64,000 nucleotides of DNA from an uncultured beta proteobacterium. GTDB taxonomy: Bacteria; Pseudomonadota; Gammaproteobacteria; Burkholderiales; Burkholderiaceae_C. The stretch spans positions 139,316-203,315 of the forward strand of contig CAWAOQ010000010.1 of the NCBI GenBank assembly GCA_963783785.1, written 5' to 3'. The position numbers were made by a program, and so were the translations under genes. How positions within the stretch are numbered: position 1 is the stretch's first letter; each line of letters opens with the position of its first letter. The notes under the pieces were generated by a model. It saw only the letters and a program-made list of their open reading frames with translations. It did not search any database and had not been told where the DNA came from. Shown piece by piece: positions 19,130-28,945 of this stretch.

Positions 19130-21604
19130 ATGTCGACCACCATGGCGCTCTATGTCGCGCTTGCCTGCGGCCTGGCTGCAGTGTTGTACGGCTTCGTCCA
19201 GCGCAGCTGGATCCTGAAGCAGGACGCGGGCAATGCCCGCATGCAGGAAATCGCCGGCGCCATTCAGCAGGGTGCTGCTGCCTACCTGGCGCGACAGTAC
19301 AAGACCATCGCCATGGTGGGCGTGGTACTCACGATCTTGATCGCGTTCTTTCTCGATGGCACCACGGCCTCGGGCTTCGTGCTCGGCGCCGTGCTGTCGG
19401 GCGCATGCGGCTTCATCGGCATGAACGTGTCGGTGCGCGCCAACGTGCGCACCGCGCAGGCGGCCACCAAGGGGATCGGCCCGGCGCTGGATGTCGCCTT
19501 CAAGGGCGGCGCGATCACCGGCATGCTGGTCGTCGGCCTCGGGCTGTTGGGCGTCGGCCTCTTCTTCTGGTTCACGACCATGAACGGCCAGATGACTCCC
19601 GACAAGAGCCTGGCTACGGTATTGAAGCCGATGCTCGGCTTTGCCTTCGGCGCTTCGCTGATCTCGATCTTCGCGCGTCTGGGTGGTGGCATCTTCACCA
19701 AGGGCGCCGACGTCGGCGCCGACCTGGTCGGCAAGGTCGAGGCCGGCATCCCGGAAGACGACCCGCGCAACCCGGCGGTGATTGCCGACAACGTCGGCGA
19801 CAACGTTGGTGACTGCGCCGGCATGGCTGCCGACCTGTTCGAGACCTACGCGGTGACTTTGATCGCGACCATGGCGCTCGGCGCGTTGGTCGTGACGGCC
19901 GCGCCGATGGCCGCCGTGATGTACCCGCTGGTGCTGGGCGGGGTGTCGATCATCGCGTCGATCATCGGCTGTGGCTTCGTGAAGGCCAGCCCTGGCATGA
20001 AGAACGTCATGCCGGCGCTGTACAAGGGCCTCGCCGTGGCCGGCGTGCTGTCGCTGATTGCCTTCTATTTCGTCACCGCTGCGGTGATGCCGGCCGACGC
20101 ACTCGGCGCCGGCACCCACATCAGGCTGTTCGGCGCCTGCGCCGTCGGTCTGGTGCTGACCGCCGCGATGGTCTGGATCACCGAGTACTACACCGGCACG
20201 CAGTTCAAGCCGGTCCAGCATATTGCGGCGGCATCGACCACCGGCCATGGCACCAACATCATCGCCGGCCTGGGCGTCTCGATGCGCTCGACGGCCTGGC
20301 CGGTTCTGTTCGTCTGCGTTGCGATCCTGGTCGCGTACAACCTGGCCGGTCTGTACGGCATCGCCGTGGCCGCTACTTCGATGCTGAGCATGGCCGGCAT
20401 CGTGGTGGCGCTCGACGCTTACGGTCCGATCACCGACAACGCCGGGGGCATCGCCGAGATGGCCGAGTTGCCCAAGAGCGTGCGTGACGTGACCGACCCG
20501 CTCGACGCGGTCGGCAACACGACCAAGGCCGTGACCAAGGGCTACGCCATCGGCTCGGCCGGCCTGGCTGCGCTGGTGCTGTTCGCTGACTACACGCACT
20601 CGCTCGAGAGCCGCGGCATCGTTGCGAGCTTCGATCTCAGCGATCCGAAGGTGATCGTCGGCCTGTTCATTGGTGGCCTGATCCCCTACCTGTTCGGCGC
20701 CATGGCAATGGAGGCCGTGGGCCGCGCTGCGGGCTCGGTGGTGGTCGAAGTGCGCCGCCAGTTCAAGGAGATCAAGGGCATCATGGAAGGCACCGCCAAG
20801 CCCGAGTACGGCACGGCGGTCGACATGCTGACCAAGGCCGCCATCAAGGAGATGATGATTCCCTCCTTGCTGCCGGTGATCGTGCCGGTGGTCGTGGGCC
20901 TGGCCCTCGGCCCCGCCGCACTCGGCGGCCTGCTGATGGGCACCATCGTGACCGGGCTGTTCGTGGCCATCTCGATGTGCACCGGCGGCGGCGCGTGGGA
21001 CAACGCCAAGAAGTACATCGAAGACGGTCACCACGGCGGCAAGGGCAGCGAAGCGCACAAGGCGGCAGTCACCGGCGACACGGTGGGCGACCCCTACAAG
21101 GACACCGCCGGCCCGGCCGTCAACCCGCTGATCAAGATCATCAACATCGTCGCGCTGCTGATCGTGCCGCTGCTGCCGGCCGGCACGACGGCGAAGGCCA
21201 CGGCCTCGCACTCAGCGCCGGCTGCTGCCGTCGCTACCGCGCCTGCATCGGTTGCCGCAGCGCCAGCGCCTGTGGTTGCGGCCGCACCGGCGGCGACGAC
21301 CACCGAGGCCAAGTTCCTGTTCGACAGCGGCAAGGCCGACCTGCCGGCCAACTCGGCCGACAGCATCGCCAAGCTGGCGGCTGCGGCCAAGCCCGGTGCC
21401 GGCAAGCTCGTGATCAGCGGTTTTCACGACACGACGGGTGACCCGGCGAAGAACGCCGAACTGGCCAAGGCACGCGCCTTCGCCGTGCGCGACGCGCTCA
21501 AGGCCGCCGGCGTCGCCGAAGATCGCATCGAACTGAAGAAGCCCGAGCAAGTCAACGCCGGCAGCGCCGACGAAGCACGTCGCGTCGAGGTCAGGCTGAT
21601 GTGA
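19130..21604 (+). CDS. hppA: membrane H+-translocating pyrophosphatase with a C-terminal OmpA-like domain
   Basis: ATG 19130 is preceded by AAGAGGA. Typical M-PPase motifs: [73 protein letters not shown]. The frame continues through the linker [43 protein letters not shown] into [10 protein letters not shown]...[29 protein letters not shown]...ARRVEVRL. Confidence 0.9.
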   Translation: MSTTMALYVALACGLAAVLYGFVQRSWILKQDAGNARMQEIAGAIQQGAAAYLARQYKTIAMVGVVLTILIAFFLDGTTASGFVLGAVLSGACGFIGMNVSVRANVRTAQAATKGIGPALDVAFKGGAITGMLVVGLGLLGVGLFFWFTTMNGQMTPDKSLATVLKPMLGFAFGASLISIFARLGGGIFTKGADVGADLVGKVEAGIPEDDPRNPAVIADNVGDNVGDCAGMAADLFETYAVTLIATMALGALVVTAAPMAAVMYPLVLGGVSIIASIIGCGFVKASPGMKNVMPALYKGLAVAGVLSLIAFYFVTAAVMPADALGAGTHIRLFGACAVGLVLTAAMVWITEYYTGTQFKPVQHIAAASTTGHGTNIIAGLGVSMRSTAWPVLFVCVAILVAYNLAGLYGIAVAATSMLSMAGIVVALDAYGPITDNAGGIAEMAELPKSVRDVTDPLDAVGNTTKAVTKGYAIGSAGLAALVLFADYTHSLESRGIVASFDLSDPKVIVGLFIGGLIPYLFGAMAMEAVGRAAGSVVVEVRRQFKEIKGIMEGTAKPEYGTAVDMLTKAAIKEMMIPSLLPVIVPVVVGLALGPAALGGLLMGTIVTGLFVAISMCTGGGAWDNAKKYIEDGHHGGKGSEAHKAAVTGDTVGDPYKDTAGPAVNPLIKIINIVALLIVPLLPAGTTAKATASHSAPAAAVATAPASVAAAPAPVVAAAPAATTTEAKFLFDSGKADLPANSADSIAKLAAAAKPGAGKLVISGFHDTTGDPAKNAELAKARAFAVRDALKAAGVAEDRIELKKPEQVNAGSADEARRVEVRLM

Positions 21605-21632
21605 CGTCGGCGGCAAAAGGCTTCACACTGGA

Positions 21633-21660
21633 GGGCCGGCACTGACCGGCCCCTTTTTTT
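21633..21660 (+). terminator. intrinsic terminator after hppA
   Basis: Stem GGGCCGG/CCGGCCC with a 6-nt loop, followed by T7. Confidence 0.85.
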
Positions 21661-21688
21661 GTCCGCACCCGACGCGAAAGACACACCG

Positions 21689-23144
21689 ATGTCCGCCATC
21701 CGCCTGAATCCGCTCGATGCATCGTGGCTTTACACCGAATCGCGCGCGACGCCGATGCACGTGGGTGCGCTTCTGCCGTTCCGCCTGCCCGCTGGTTCAC
21801 CGAAGGATTTCGGCCGCCGCCTGATGGCCGACCTGAAGAAACATCAGAAGTTCGCCGCGCCGTGGAATCGTCGGCTGAAGTCCGGCCTGCTGAAGATGCC
21901 AGTGCACTACTGGGTCGAGGACGACGACATCGATCTCGAAGCGCATCTGCGCCATGCCGCACTGCCTCACCCCGGCGGCGAACGCGAACTCGGAGAGCTG
22001 ATTGCGCGGCTGCACAGCCAGCCGCTGGATCTGTCGCGGCCGCCGTGGGAATGCACCTTGATCGAAGGCCTGGACGACGATCGTTTCGCGTTCTTCGTCA
22101 AGATGCACCACTCGCTGATCGACGGCGTCAGTGGCATGAAGCTGCTGCAACGGGCGATGCCGGACGATCCCGAGAAGAGCCTCTCGGTGCTCCCGTTCTG
22201 GGCCATCGGCGCGGGCACTGCTCGCAAGAGTGCCAAGCCGCATCCGGAACGCGACACCCGCGCGGCTACCTTCAGCAACGCCGCAGCCGCAGCGATCGAT
22301 GCGCTGCGCGGGCAGGTCAGGACGGCACCTCAGCTGCTGCTGGCGTTTGCCAAGTTGCTGCGTACGAGCGGGCCGACCGACGAGTCGCTGCAAGTGCCGT
22401 TCGGTGCGCCGCCATCGATCCTCAATGGCCGCGTGCGCGCCAAGCGCCGCTTCGCCACGCAGCAGATCGCGATCGATCGCATGAAGGGGCTCGCTCAAAC
22501 GGCTGGCTGCACCCTCAATGACCTGGTGCTGGCCACCTGCGGCGGCGCAATTCGGCACTTCCTCGAGGACATCGGCGAGTTGCCGGAAAGATCGCTGACC
22601 GCGGGCATCCCGGTCTCCGTGCGCCCCAAGGACGATGAGAACGCCGGCAACGCGATCACATTCATCATCGCAACGCTGGGCACCGACATCGACGATCCGA
22701 TACAGCGTCTGGCGGCCATCCGCACCTCGGTGCAAAGCGCGAAGGCTCACGTCCAGAGCCTGCCGCGACAGGCGATGATGCAGTACACGATCGCGCTGAT
22801 GGCGCCGACGATCCTGACCCTGCTGACCGGTCTGGGCGGGCGCACGCGACCAATGTTCAACATCACCATCTCCAACGTGCCCGGGGCCGGACAAGCCGCT
22901 GTTCTTTCGCGGTGCCGAGATGTTGGGCACCTTTCCGGCCTCGATCGTCACCCACGGCCAGGCGCTCAACATCACCTGCCAGAGTTATGCCGGCATGATG
23001 GACTTCGGCTTCACCGGCTGCCACGCCAGCCTGCCGCACATGCAGCGCATCGCCGTCTACACCGGGGCGGCCTTTGACGAACTCGAGCGCCTGATCCTTC
23101 AACCAGCGAAAACGCCCCGCGCCCGACGCCGGGCGCGGGGTTGA
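21689..23144 (+). pseudogene. wax ester synthase/diacylglycerol acyltransferase (WS/DGAT), interrupted by a single-base insertion
   Basis: MSAIRLNPLDASWLYTESRATPMHVGALLPF and the catalytic motif HHSLIDGVSG lie in ORF 21659..23077. The C-terminus (FRGAEMLGTFPASIVTHGQALNITCQSYAGMMDFGF) lies in ORF 22920..23144. The junction is at the G run 22883-22886 (CCCGGGGCC). Confidence 0.85.
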
Positions 23145-23154
23145 GGACGGGATC

Positions 23155-23922
23155 TCAGGCCATTACCGGCACGCGTGCGTGGCTAGCTGCCGAGCCGCCC
23201 TGCTCGAGCGCGCTGCGAATGAATCCGTCGAGCGCCGAGAGGCTCGGGATGCTCAGATCGCGGCGGCCCTTCTCGTCGAAGCGGATCACGCCACATTGCG
23301 ACAGGCGGCGCAGCGCCCGGCTCACTGTTTCCAGCGTCATGCCGAGGTAGTTGCCGATCTCGGCACGGGTCATGTGCAACGTGATCTGGTCGGTGCGCAG
23401 GCCGCGCGCGGCTAGCGCCTGGGCCCAGTCCTTGATGAAATCGGCCACCCTGGCATCGGCGGGCAACGTCCCCAACGACAACAGCGAATCGGAACCACGC
23501 GCGATCTGGCGGCTCATCGCGGCGTGCATCAGGCGCATCAGTTCCGGCTCGGCGGCACTGGCCGACAGCAGATCGGCGTAGCGCACGCTCCAGACTTCTC
23601 CGGTGTCCAGCGCGATCGCGTCGCAGCCGTAGCGGCCCTCGGCAATCCCGTCGAAGCCCAGCCAATCGCCACGGAAGTGCAGCCCCACCACCTGACCGCG
23701 ACCATCCGCGGTGAAGTTGACCGTCTTGAATTGGCCTGAGTTGATCAGGTGCAGGTGCCCGAACGGCGCGCCGCCCTCATAGATCGCGTCGCCCGCATGG
23801 ACCACGCGGCGCGTGAACGGCAGCAAACGCTGCACCAGCGCCAGGTTGTCGCGCCAGGCTTGTGCGCCGTTGCAGACTTCGCCATGCGATTGGACGGGTG
23901 TCACGGAGGCGGTAGCAGTCAT
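23155..23922 (-). CDS. Crp/Fnr family transcriptional regulator
   Basis: Internal Met of ORF 23155..24060. It has a cNMP-binding-like beta-roll (GDAIYEGGAPFGHLHLINSGQFKT...) and a C-terminal HTH (MTRAEIGNYLGMTLETVSRALRRL). There is no N-terminal Cys cluster, so it is not a classical Fnr. Confidence 0.85.
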   Translation of the reverse strand: MTATASVTPVQSHGEVCNGAQAWRDNLALVQRLLPFTRRVVHAGDAIYEGGAPFGHLHLINSGQFKTVNFTADGRGQVVGLHFRGDWLGFDGIAEGRYGCDAIALDTGEVWSVRYADLLSASAAEPELMRLMHAAMSRQIARGSDSLLSLGTLPADARVADFIKDWAQALAARGLRTDQITLHMTRAEIGNYLGMTLETVSRALRRLSQCGVIRFDEKGRRDLSIPSLSALDGFIRSALEQGGSAASHARVPVMA

Positions 23923-24063
23923 CGCGATACTCCTGGTGGACTGACATGGGTTGTGCAATGTCAAGGAGCGTAGGCACCAGATGCAAATGCTTGATGCATC
24001 GCAAGGGCCGCTGGGCAACGGTGTGTGAACAGCGTGTAAATGCCACGGCCGACGCCGCAATGC

Positions 24064-24086
24064 AAAACGGCCCCGCGGGGCCGTTT
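24064..24086 (-). terminator. hairpin terminator downstream of tRNA-His
   Basis: Palindrome AAACGGCCCC-GC-GGGGCCGTTT. On the minus strand it is followed by TTTTG. It lies 17 nt after the tRNA 3' end. Confidence 0.65.
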
Positions 24087-24102
24087 CAAAGCGCTGTCTG
24101 GG

Positions 24103-24179
24103 TGGGGTGGCTGATGGGACTCGAACCCACGACGACCAGAATCACAATCTGGGACTCTACCAACTGAGCTACAGCCACC
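24103..24179 (-). tRNA. tRNA-His (anticodon GTG)
   Basis: The reverse complement GGTGGCTGTAGCTCAGTTGGTAGAGTCCCAGATTGTGATTCTGGTCGTCGTGGGTTCGAGTCCCATCAGCCACCCCA folds as a cloverleaf. It has the extra 5' G(-1) typical of tRNA-His, anticodon loop TTGTGAT, a TTCGAGT T-loop and an encoded CCA. Confidence 0.95.
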
Positions 24180-24218
24180 ACAGAGCGCCAAATTATAGCG
24201 AGCGGCTTGTATCGGACC

Positions 24219-26141
24219 TCACTTCGCCGGCGCCGATGCCGTCGCGGCCACGGTATCGGCCTCGATCTCGGCCTTAAAGCGGGACTTCAGCGCGCCGTAG
24301 TACGCCTGACCTTCAGCGGCACCCCAGGCCTGCGCATAGCGCGGCAGCAACTGCGTCAACTCAGGCCCGTCAGCAGCCGGCGGCTTGATCGCCGTCAACC
24401 GCACCACGGCATAGCCGGCGTCGCCCAGGTCGACGCCAAGCCATTGCGGCAGCTTGGTGGCGTCGGCACGCAGTACGGCATCGACCAGGGCACGCGGCTG
24501 GCTTTGCGCGCTGGCACGCGACAACAGCACGGCGGGCGGCAGCGTCGACGCATCGCCACTCGCACGCAACTCGGCCAGTTTGACTTCCCCCGCCTTGCGG
24601 GCCCGCGCCGCGGCTTGCTCGGCAATCACGCGCTGGCGCACCTGCGGCATCACCTCCGCCAGCGTTTGCACACGCGCCGGGGTGTGTTGCAAGACCCGTG
24701 CGGCGGCCAACTGGTTGGGGCCGACTTCGACGGCTTCCGTATTGCGCTTGTTCTTCACTGACTCACTGCCGAACACGGTTTCCAGCAACTTGGCGGACGA
24801 CAGCGCCCCGGTGGCACCGGCAGCCGGCGTGCGTTGCACGGTGGCAACCTGCTTCTTCAGCTTGAGCTTGTCGACCACCGGTTGCAGGCTGTCGGCCTGC
24901 TCGTAGACCATGTTGCTGAATTCCTCGGCGACCTCGGCGTAGCGCTTCAACGCCAGTTGCTTCCTGACCTCGTCCTCGATTTCGGCACGCACGCTCTCGA
25001 ACGGCTTCTTGTCGCCGCCGCGCACGGCATCGAGGCGAATGATGTGATAACCGAAATCGGTCTCGACAACATTGCTGATCTCTCCAGGCTTCATCGCGAA
25101 GGCGGCATCCTCGAACGGTTTGACCATCGCACCGCGAGCAAAGAAGTCAAGGTCGCCGCCCCTCTGTGCAGAAGCGCTGTCGCTGGAGTTCTTCTTGGCC
25201 ACTTCGGCAAACGTCGCCGGACTCTTGCGCAGTTCTGCCAGCAGCGACTCGGCCTTGGCCTTGGCCTGCGCCCGCTCGGCGGCGGGGGCATCCTTGGCGG
25301 CGCTGATCAATACATGGCTGGCTCGCCGCTCCTCGGCCACCGAGTAGCGCGAAGCGTTCTCGCTGTAGTACTTGCGCAAGTCTGCCTCGGGCACGCTGAT
25401 GCCTGCCTTCAGGCCGTCGATGTCGAGCACGACGTACTCAATGCTGGCCTGTTCCGGCGCGCGAAACTCGTCCTCGTGGGCCTTGTGGAATGCCGCCAGC
25501 TCCGCGTCGCTGGGGCTGACGCTCGCGACCTGGTCCTTGGCGTCGAAGCGCAGCACCTGGACCTCGCGCTGCTGCAGCAGCGCATCGAGGGCGCTGCGTC
25601 CCGTCGAGCCGCCCGGTGGCACACTGGCCGTGACACCGCCAAGCACCTGACGCAAAACGAGGTTCTGGCGCACATTGGCTTCGAACCCCTCGATGGTCAT
25701 GCCTTGCGCCCCGATCAGCGCCTTGTAGGCCGCCACGTCCATGCTGCCATCGGGGCGACGCAAGGCCGCCAATTGCGGCACGCTCATCAACTCGCGCTGC
25801 AGGCGCTCGTCGCTGACGGCGAAGTGGGCGCGGTTGGCTGCAGCGAACAGTACCCGGTCGCGCACCAGGTTGTCGAGGGTCTCGCGCTTGAACTCCGGGC
25901 TGTCGAAGACGGCAGCATCGAGGTTCGGCATCTGGCTCCGCATCTGCTCGACCTGCCGGCGGTGTGCGGCATCCCATTCTGCCCGCGTGATCTTCTGGCC
26001 ATCGACTTTGGCCACCGCGACACTGCCGGCATCCTTGAACTGGCTGTAGCCCTGCACACCAAAGAAGACGAACGACGGAAAGATCAGCAACACCAGCACG
26101 AAGAACAACACGCGGTTGTGGTTGCGGATGAAATCGAACAT
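24219..26141 (-). CDS. ppiD: peptidyl-prolyl cis-trans isomerase D (periplasmic chaperone PpiD)
   Basis: Internal ATG 26141 of ORF 24219..26312. Sequence MFDFIRNHNRVLFFVLVLLIFPSFVFFGVQGY (N-terminal anchor), SurA-like region and a parvulin domain (ASHVLISA...GGDLDFFARGAMVKPFEDAAF). Downstream of hupB, as in many proteobacteria. Confidence 0.9.
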   Translation of the reverse strand: MFDFIRNHNRVLFFVLVLLIFPSFVFFGVQGYSQFKDAGSVAVAKVDGQKITRAEWDAAHRRQVEQMRSQMPNLDAAVFDSPEFKRETLDNLVRDRVLFAAANRAHFAVSDERLQRELMSVPQLAALRRPDGSMDVAAYKALIGAQGMTIEGFEANVRQNLVLRQVLGGVTASVPPGGSTGRSALDALLQQREVQVLRFDAKDQVASVSPSDAELAAFHKAHEDEFRAPEQASIEYVVLDIDGLKAGISVPEADLRKYYSENASRYSVAEERRASHVLISAAKDAPAAERAQAKAKAESLLAELRKSPATFAEVAKKNSSDSASAQRGGDLDFFARGAMVKPFEDAAFAMKPGEISNVVETDFGYHIIRLDAVRGGDKKPFESVRAEIEDEVRKQLALKRYAEVAEEFSNMVYEQADSLQPVVDKLKLKKQVATVQRTPAAGATGALSSAKLLETVFGSESVKNKRNTEAVEVGPNQLAAARVLQHTPARVQTLAEVMPQVRQRVIAEQAAARARKAGEVKLAELRASGDASTLPPAVLLSRASAQSQPRALVDAVLRADATKLPQWLGVDLGDAGYAVVRLTAIKPPAADGPELTQLLPRYAQAWGAAEGQAYYGALKSRFKAEIEADTVAATASAPAK

Positions 26142-26196
26142 GGGACCAAACCTTCTGCACAGATGCGGCGGGACGCGCAGCCTCCAGACGGCACAA

Positions 26197-26216
26197 AGGC
26201 GAACCGGGGTTCGCCT
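26197..26216 (-). terminator. weak hairpin downstream of tRNA-Val
   Basis: 8-bp stem AGGCGAAC/GTTCGCCT with a 4-nt loop. The minus-strand tail is only TTGTGCC, so the U-tract is poor. Confidence 0.3.
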
Positions 26217-26317
26217 TCGTCTGCCGCCGGCCGGCGGTGGTGGCTGGCGCCGCTTGGCGCGCGCAAGCCCTCTCGAAAGTCGCGCGATTCTAGCCGAGCA
26301 TGCCGGCTGCACGCGGG

Positions 26318-26393
26318 TGGTGGGTGCTGACGGGCTCGAACCGCCGACCTACGCCTTGTAAGGGCGCCGCTCTACCAACTGAGCTAAGCACCC
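26318..26393 (-). tRNA. tRNA-Val (anticodon TAC)
   Basis: The reverse complement GGGTGCTTAGCTCAGTTGGTAGAGCGGCGCCCTTACAAGGCGTAGGTCGGCGGTTCGAGCCCGTCAGCACCCACCA has acceptor pairing GGGTGCT/AGCACCC, anticodon loop CTTACAA and an encoded CCA. Confidence 0.93.
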
Positions 26394-26445
26394 GCTGCCG
26401 ACGTCGCGGATCTCACCTGCCTCGCAGGCGCTAGACCCGACACGC

Positions 26446-26718
26446 TCAGTTCAGCGCGTCCTTCAACGCCTTGCCCGGACGAAACTTGGGCACCTTGGCG
26501 GCCTTGATCTTGATGTTCGCGCCGGTGCGCGGATTGCGGCCGCTGCGCGCAGCACGCTTGGTCACCGCGAATGTGCCGAAGCCGACCAGCGACACGCTGC
26601 CGCCGCGCTTGAGCGTGGTCTTTACGCCGCCAATCACGGCCTCCAGCGCGCGCGTCGCGGCGGCCTTGGAGATGTCAGCTTGCTTGGCGATGTGCTCGAT
26701 CAGTTCAGACTTGTTCAC
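26446..26718 (-). CDS. hupB: DNA-binding protein HU-beta
   Basis: 90-aa ORF: [66 protein letters not shown]. Confidence 0.96.
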   Translation of the reverse strand: MNKSELIEHIAKQADISKAAATRALEAVIGGVKTTLKRGGSVSLVGFGTFAVTKRAARSGRNPRTGANIKIKAAKVPKFRPGKALKDALN

Positions 26719-26893
26719 GAAAGGGTCCCCTCATTCGTCAATTGGGTTATCGCTCGGTATTCTTGTCTGGGCCGCCGTGTCGCAATTGCAGGGACGCGCC
26801 GTCGCCCTATCGACCGAGCCATTACAGCCGTGCCCCCAGCGGGTGTCAAGGCTGCGCGGCAAGCCGGGAGCGGGATTCTATGCGTTCCGCGCG

Positions 26894-27991
26894 TCATGCC
26901 GAGGCCATCAGGGCCTGCTCCACGGCGCGCCCGACATCGGCCGTGGATGCGCGGCCACCCAGGTCCGGCGTGCGCGGCGCTCCACTGGTCGGCTCGAGCA
27001 CGGCCTCGATGGCGGCGACGATCGCATCGTGCGCATCGCGATGGCCCAGGAAGTCGAGCATCAGCGCGGCCGACCAGATCTGGCCGATCGGGTTGGCGAC
27101 GCCCTTGCCGGCAATGTCGGGCGCGGAGCCGTGCACCGGTTCAAACAGGCTCGGCCACTGCCGCGACGGGTTCAGACTGGCCGACGGCGCGATGCCGATG
27201 GTGCCGGTACAGGCCGGCCCCAGATCCGACAGGATGTCGCCAAAGAGGTTGCTCGCCACCACCACGTCGAACTGCTGCGGACGCTGCACGAAGTGCGCGG
27301 TCAGGATGTCGATGTGGAAGCGGTCGACGGCGACGTCGGGATAGGCCTTGGACATCTCGGCAACCCGTTCGTCCCAGTACGGCATCGTGATCGAGATGCC
27401 GTTGCTCTTGGTTGCCGACGTGAGCTTCCTGCGCGGGCGCCGCATCGCTTCCTCGAAGGCAAACCGGAGCACACGGTCGACGCCGACGCGAGACATCACG
27501 GTCTCCTGGATCACCACCTCGCGGTCGCTGCCCTCGAACATGCGTCCGCCGATGCTCGAATACTCGCCCTCGGTGTTCTCGCGCACGATCAGCATGTCGA
27601 TGTCGCCGGGCTGCAGCGGCTGGCCGTCGCGGTCGACCAGCGGCGAGCGGATACCCGGCATCAGCCGCGCCGGCCGCAGATTCACGTACTGGTCGAACTC
27701 GCGCCGGAACTTCAGCAGCGAGCCCCACAGCGAGACATGGTCAGGCACGGTGGCCGGCCAGCCGACCGCGCCGAACAGGATCGCGTCGACGCCACGCAGC
27801 TGGTCTTTCCAGTCGTCGGGCATCATCTTGCCGTGCCGCGCGTAGTGGTCGCAGTTGGCGAAGTCGAAGGTCTGCAGTGCGAGGTCGATGCCGAAGCGGC
27901 GTGCCGCCGCCTCGAGCACACGCAGGCTCTCGGGCATGACTTCCTTGCCGATGCCGTCACCGGCGATCACGGCGATGCGATGCGCAGTCAT
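26894..27991 (-). CDS. tartrate dehydrogenase/decarboxylase (isocitrate/isopropylmalate dehydrogenase family)
   Basis: 365-aa ORF: IAVIAGDGIGKEVMPE...LFGAVGWP...SLLKFRREFDQYVNLRP...IVRENTEGEYS...NLFGDILSDLG. The length and N-terminus resemble TtuC-type enzymes. Confidence 0.8.
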   Translation of the reverse strand: MTAHRIAVIAGDGIGKEVMPESLRVLEAAARRFGIDLALQTFDFANCDHYARHGKMMPDDWKDQLRGVDAILFGAVGWPATVPDHVSLWGSLLKFRREFDQYVNLRPARLMPGIRSPLVDRDGQPLQPGDIDMLIVRENTEGEYSSIGGRMFEGSDREVVIQETVMSRVGVDRVLRFAFEEAMRRPRRKLTSATKSNGISITMPYWDERVAEMSKAYPDVAVDRFHIDILTAHFVQRPQQFDVVVASNLFGDILSDLGPACTGTIGIAPSASLNPSRQWPSLFEPVHGSAPDIAGKGVANPIGQIWSAALMLDFLGHRDAHDAIVAAIEAVLEPTSGAPRTPDLGGRASTADVGRAVEQALMASA

Positions 27992-28054
27992 GTCTTGTCG
28001 TCTCCAAGGAAGGTGAGCAGAGGGGTCGTGCAGCCGTCGAACATCGGCCGATTG

Positions 28055-28945
28055 TCAGCCACGCGCCGGCTCGCGCACGACGAGTGCAACGCCGATCGCC
28101 GTCAGCGCAATGCCGGCAAAGACCACCGGCGTCAGCGCTTCACGGAACAGCAGCCAGGCCAGCAACGCCGTGCACGGCGGCACCATGTACATCAGGCTGG
28201 TGACGCGGGTCGCGGCACCGCGCTGGATCAGCAGCAGCAGCAGCGAACTGCCACCCAGCGTCAGCACCAGTACCGACCAGGCCATCGCCCCGATGAGTTC
28301 CGGGTGGAGGTCGAAGTGACCATCCTCCAACCACGCCAGCGGCGCCGTCACCGCCAGTGCGGCCAACAGCTGCACCGTGTTGGCAGTGCGGACGTCGCAA
28401 GGCGCGACGAATCGCTTCTGGTAAAGCGTGCCGACCGTGATCGCCAGCAGCGCAACCACGGCCATCGGCAGGTTGGTGACGGTCACCTCGCCGACACCGA
28501 GCTTCTGCCACACCACCAGCAATACCCCGGCGAAGCCAAGCACCAGCCCGAGCCATTGGCGCAGCCCCACCGCGTGGGCACCGCCGCGCGAATGCACCCA
28601 CACGGCAGTCAGGACCGGTTGAAGGCTGACGATCAGGGCGGCCGTGCCTGCGCCGAGGCCGCCCTTGACCGCCGACCACACGCCGCCCAGATACCCGGCA
28701 TGCATCAGCACACCGGCCACGGCCAGGTGCAGCCACTGCGCCGAGCTGCGCGGCCAGACCGCACGCGTCGCGGCAATCCAGACCGCGAACGCCAGCACGG
28801 AAAAGGCGTAGCGCCAAGCCAGGAAGCCCATCGGTAGCGCATGCGGCATGCCGTAGCGCGCGACGACGAAACCGGTGCTCCAGATCAGCACGAAGACCGC
28901 CGGCATCGCGCTGAGCAGCAGCGTGCGCTCAGCGGGCCTTGGCAC
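28055..28945 (-). CDS. DMT superfamily transporter (EamA-like)
   Basis: 296-aa ORF with about 10 hydrophobic segments and a duplicated EamA-type pattern. Confidence 0.8.
   Translation of the reverse strand: MPRPAERTLLLSAMPAVFVLIWSTGFVVARYGMPHALPMGFLAWRYAFSVLAFAVWIAATRAVWPRSSAQWLHLAVAGVLMHAGYLGGVWSAVKGGLGAGTAALIVSLQPVLTAVWVHSRGGAHAVGLRQWLGLVLGFAGVLLVVWQKLGVGEVTVTNLPMAVVALLAITVGTLYQKRFVAPCDVRTANTVQLLAALAVTAPLAWLEDGHFDLHPELIGAMAWSVLVLTLGGSSLLLLLIQRGAATRVTSLMYMVPPCTALLAWLLFREALTPVVFAGIALTAIGVALVVREPARG

Noticed and set aside
19109-21211. 700-aa ORF antisense to hppA. Similar very long antisense ORFs occur at 1231..2094, 5471..6319, 9770..11428, 24834..26330, 26471..28837, 29876..31927, 40712..42859 and 57455..59929.
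   Set aside because: These are shadow ORFs expected in GC-rich DNA. Their products are Arg/Ala/Gly/Pro-rich low-complexity strings with no recognisable motifs. Several run across multiple well-supported genes on the other strand.
23991-24004. TTGAT-GCAT-CGCAA upstream of the Crp/Fnr-family gene as an FNR/CRP box.
   Set aside because: Only the left half-site matches the TTGAT-N4-ATCAA consensus and the right half matches 3 of 5. It is too weak to call without comparative support.
24103-26393. tRNA-His and tRNA-Val as possible genomic-island integration sites.
   Set aside because: No integrase, direct repeat of the tRNA 3' end or compositional break is seen. The flanking genes (hupB, ppiD) are the conserved core neighbours.
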